Of a stretch of 24,000 nucleotides of DNA, positions 21,581 through 24,000 are shown piece after piece. Made by a program: the position numbers and the translations under genes. Under the pieces are notes generated by a model. That model saw only the letters and a list, made by a program, of their open reading frames with translations, did not search any database and was not told the DNA's origin. Each line of letters starts with the position of its first letter. Within the stretch, counting starts at the first letter, position 1. Origin of the DNA: Heliomicrobium undosum (lineage in GTDB: Bacteria; Bacillota; Desulfitobacteriia; Heliobacteriales; Heliobacteriaceae); the NCBI RefSeq assembly GCF_009877425.1, contig NZ_WXEY01000002.1, forward strand, positions 52,960 through 76,959, written 5' to 3'.

Positions 21581-21611
21581 GGGGATAACTGATCCGAGTG
21601 CGCTTGGCGTA

Positions 21612-21641
21612 TTGACAGGATGGGCGGGGAAAGAGTATATT
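21612..21641 (+). promoter_or_regulatory. Sigma-A-type promoter for corA
   Basis: TTGACA (21612-21617), an 18-nt spacer, then TATATT (21636-21641). The leader is short (about 30 nt), leaving no room for an M-box riboswitch. Confidence 0.6.
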
Positions 21642-21678
21642 GGATCCGGGTCAGGCGGACCTTGGGAGGTAGAACGAA

Positions 21679-22650
21679 ATGATCAAGACCTATATTTTCG
21701 ACGCGCAGCAAGACAAGGTCCTCCATGATATCAACCCTGATCAATTGGAGCAATGGCTCGCTTCCCCTGACAACCTGATCTGGATCGATCTCTATGATTA
21801 TGACGCCGACGAGGTCAACCAGGTGGCCCGTGTCTTCGACTTTCACCCGCTGGCCATCGAAGACGTGCTCCATGCCAGCCCCCGCGCGAAGGTTGACCGG
21901 TATGACCGCTACTTTTTCTTCGTCTTCCACGCCCTCCGCTATGACGAAGAAAGCGACGATGAGTTGACCCTCTTCGAATTGGACGTTTTTTTAGGCAAAA
22001 ACTACATTGTCACGCTACACCGCTCCGCATTGCCGGCTGTTGGGCGTGTGGCGTACCACTGCCTGCGGGGAACGCGTCTGATGAACCGCGGTCCCGACTA
22101 CCTCATCTACGCCATCGTCGACGGCATCATCGACGAGTACTTTCCTATCGTGGAACGACTCGGCGACCGGATCGACGAACTGGAAGATGAACTGTACATC
22201 AATCCGGCCCGCGAGACGACGGACGAGATGCTGGCGCTGAAACGAACCCTGCTCCTCTTGCGCAAGACTGTGCTGCCCCAGAAGCGGATCTTTTCCAACA
22301 TCAACGGCCGCTACTCTTTCGAGGTGCGGGAAGACAACCGCCCCTATTATCTCGATTTGGTGGACCATATCGAGCGGATCTCCGACACCATCGACACCTA
22401 CCGCGACCTCGTCAATAGCGCTATGGACACCTATTTCTCGATTATCTCGAACCGGACGAACGAGATCATGCGGGTGCTGACGATCATCTCTACCATCTCC
22501 ATGCCGTTGACGGTCGTCACAGGCGCCTTCGGGATGAACGTGCCCATCCCCGCCCATGAGAACCCCTTCATGTTCTACGCCATCTGGCTGAGCATGGCAG
22601 CCCTATCGGCAGGGATGATTTATTGGTTCCGGCGAAAGAAGTGGATATGA
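21679..22650 (+). CDS. corA: Magnesium/cobalt transporter CorA
   Basis: 323 aa. The cytoplasmic domain is followed by two C-terminal TM helices with the signature GAFGMNV (GMN motif). GGAGG lies 9 nt upstream. Confidence 0.92.
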   Translation: MIKTYIFDAQQDKVLHDINPDQLEQWLASPDNLIWIDLYDYDADEVNQVARVFDFHPLAIEDVLHASPRAKVDRYDRYFFFVFHALRYDEESDDELTLFELDVFLGKNYIVTLHRSALPAVGRVAYHCLRGTRLMNRGPDYLIYAIVDGIIDEYFPIVERLGDRIDELEDELYINPARETTDEMLALKRTLLLLRKTVLPQKRIFSNINGRYSFEVREDNRPYYLDLVDHIERISDTIDTYRDLVNSAMDTYFSIISNRTNEIMRVLTIISTISMPLTVVTGAFGMNVPIPAHENPFMFYAIWLSMAALSAGMIYWFRRKKWI

Positions 22651-22663
22651 GTTTAAAATAATG

Positions 22664-22705
22664 AAGAGACGCTATTCCAATCGCGGAATGGCGTCTCTTT
22701 TCGTT
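22664..22705. terminator. Bidirectional terminator between corA (+) and the protease gene (-)
   Basis: Long hairpin AAGAGACGCTATTCC-aatcgc-GGAATgGCGTCTCTT (22664-22699), followed by TTTCGTT on the + strand and flanked by an A/T run on the other side. Confidence 0.7.
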
Positions 22706-22723
22706 CGTTCACTCTTCCTTGAA

Positions 22724-23656
22724 CTAAAATCGGAAAAAACCATAGCCATAATCCTTCCGGTCTCCGATGGCGACGGCGTGTTCCAGCATGAACTGGCGCA
22801 CATCAGCTGGGGCAGGGGGGGCGCCGGATTTCTTCCGTCTTTCTGCCATCAGCAGGGCGGCGGCGCCAGTGATATGGGGCGCGGCCATACTGGTGCCGGA
22901 AAGGCGCACATAGCGGTTCAAAGGGTAGGTGCTTAGGATGTTGACACCCGGAGCGGCAAGGAACAATTCCGGTCCTTGGCTGGAAAAGGGGGCCCGTTTG
23001 ACGCTGCGGTCGACGGCGGCTACCGTGAGCACCAGATCGGCCCAGCGCCCCGGATAATCGATGGAGTCCTTTGTGAACGCTTTTGAAGCATCGTTTCCGG
23101 CAGCGGCTACAAAAGTGACCCCTGCCTGATTGGCTTTTTCCATAATGGCGCGCAGTTTGGCGTTCGGCTTTTGGCTCCCGAAGGATAGGTTGAGCAGATG
23201 AATTCCATTGTCAAGCGCCCATTCAATAGCGGCGATGACATGCTCCTGGCCGCCTTCTCCTTTTTCATCGAGCACCTTGAGCGCGTACAGTTGGGTTTTC
23301 GGGGCGACTCCGACGATGCCGATGCCGTTGTCCGAGCCCGCGATGATCCCTGATACATGGGTGCCATGGCCATGATCATCGGCATAGTTGTCATTATTGT
23401 CGAGAAAGTTGTAGCCTCCCCGGATATTCTCTTTCAAATCGGGGTGCGCCCTATCGATGCCTGTATCCAAGACAGCGACACGAATGTTTTCGCCCTTAGA
23501 TCGGAGCCATTGCCGGGGTGCGTTCATCAGCTTAATGCCGTAATCGATCACCTGTCCGGGCACTCGGTCCATAATCCGGTGGATGGTGAGAGGGAAGAGG
23601 TGGTTTTTTCCGTACTGTGGCAGTCCAGCGCCTCGGGCTGTGACGAGATCACTCAT
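22724..23656 (-). CDS. S8 (subtilisin-family) serine protease, intracellular ISP-like (no signal peptide)
   Basis: Catalytic triad in VAVLDTGID, HGHGTHVSG and SGTSMAAPH. The N-terminus resembles Bacillus intracellular serine protease (LPQYG....IKLMNAPRQWLRSKGENIRVAVLDTG). AAAGGAG lies 8 nt upstream of ATG 23656; the tracked upstream extension to 23851 is hydrophobic junk. Confidence 0.88.
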   Translation of the reverse strand: MSDLVTARGAGLPQYGKNHLFPLTIHRIMDRVPGQVIDYGIKLMNAPRQWLRSKGENIRVAVLDTGIDRAHPDLKENIRGGYNFLDNNDNYADDHGHGTHVSGIIAGSDNGIGIVGVAPKTQLYALKVLDEKGEGGQEHVIAAIEWALDNGIHLLNLSFGSQKPNAKLRAIMEKANQAGVTFVAAAGNDASKAFTKDSIDYPGRWADLVLTVAAVDRSVKRAPFSSQGPELFLAAPGVNILSTYPLNRYVRLSGTSMAAPHITGAAALLMAERRKKSGAPPAPADVRQFMLEHAVAIGDRKDYGYGFFRF

Positions 23657-23834
23657 GCAAAAAAGCTCCTTTCCCACAAGCAGCGACGTAGTCGTGATCC
23701 AACTTATGGAAAAGAAGGTTGTATCGTTCCCGTCTGGTTCGACAAAAGCGGTGAAAAAACGAAAGAGGAAAGCAGAGGGAATCGACGAATAGGATAGTGG
23801 ATAAAAATGGAAATATATTCCGGGGGTGCTTGCC

Positions 23835-24000
23835 ATGGGGATGTTGGTCAAACTCTTTCAACGGCGCGGTAGTGGATGGAATGACCCGTCGCCGGGAGAA
23901 TTGTCATTGCCGCCGGGCTTGGGAATTTCCGACCAGTGGAACGGAGCGGGCTATGAGGGATTTCGCAAGCCGGGAAAGCAGGAACCGCAGCTCTATGATG
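23835..24000 (+). CDS. Possible 5' part of an unknown protein (runs off the window)
   Basis: ATG 23835 lies 6 nt after GGGGGTG, and the frame stays open to nt 24000 (MGMLVKLFQRRGSGWNDPSPGELSLPPGLGISDQWNGAGYEGFRKPGKQEPQLYD). No family recognised. Confidence 0.3.
   Translation, partial: MGMLVKLFQRRGSGWNDPSPGELSLPPGLGISDQWNGAGYEGFRKPGKQEPQLYD

Noticed and set aside
21581-21678. M-box (Mg) riboswitch upstream of corA
   Set aside because: The region between the promoter -10 (21636-21641) and the start codon is only about 35 nt, too short for an M-box.

Overview
This window looks like a chromosomal segment from a moderately GC-rich, probably spore-forming Firmicute. Supporting signs are strong AGGAGG-type ribosome-binding sites, GC-rich third codon positions, and YheC/D, YlaI-like, ISP-like and NfeD-flotillin genes. 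All homology calls come from motif recognition by eye; no database search was run. I call 26 protein-coding genes, two of them partial at the window edges. In order: guaB (3' part), an orphan ORF, a Cof-type HAD hydrolase, a ParM-like actin ATPase with a small RHH-like partner, RNase J with a long low-complexity N-terminal extension, a divergent Lrp/AsnC and MBL-hydrolase pair, a hot-dog thioesterase, an nfeD-flotillin operon, a LysM-NlpC/P60 hydrolase, an Isf-like flavoprotein, YbjQ, a SAM methyltransferase, a small membrane protein, a four-gene ligase operon, a soluble minimal MCP, a GapB-like GAPDH, a small zinc-ribbon protein, CorA, an intracellular-type S8 protease, and a partial unknown ORF. 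I recognised no rRNA, tRNA, CRISPR array, transposase or integrase. The best candidate for a poorly described system is the translationally coupled operon at 13993-18955. It encodes three apparently active YheC/D-type ATP-grasp paralogues plus a fusion of an ATP-grasp-like domain to a COOH-NH2 (GS/GCS2-like) ligase, which suggests a multi-step non-ribosomal amide-bond-forming pathway with unknown product. Second is a chromosomal ParM-like/RHH module with upstream iterated motifs, sitting directly upstream of rnj. Several intergenic regions also carry structure that the genes do not explain: a 33-nt repeat present twice, an orphan terminator, a Fur-box-like 23-bp palindrome, and a ~13-nt tandem array in a long MCP leader.
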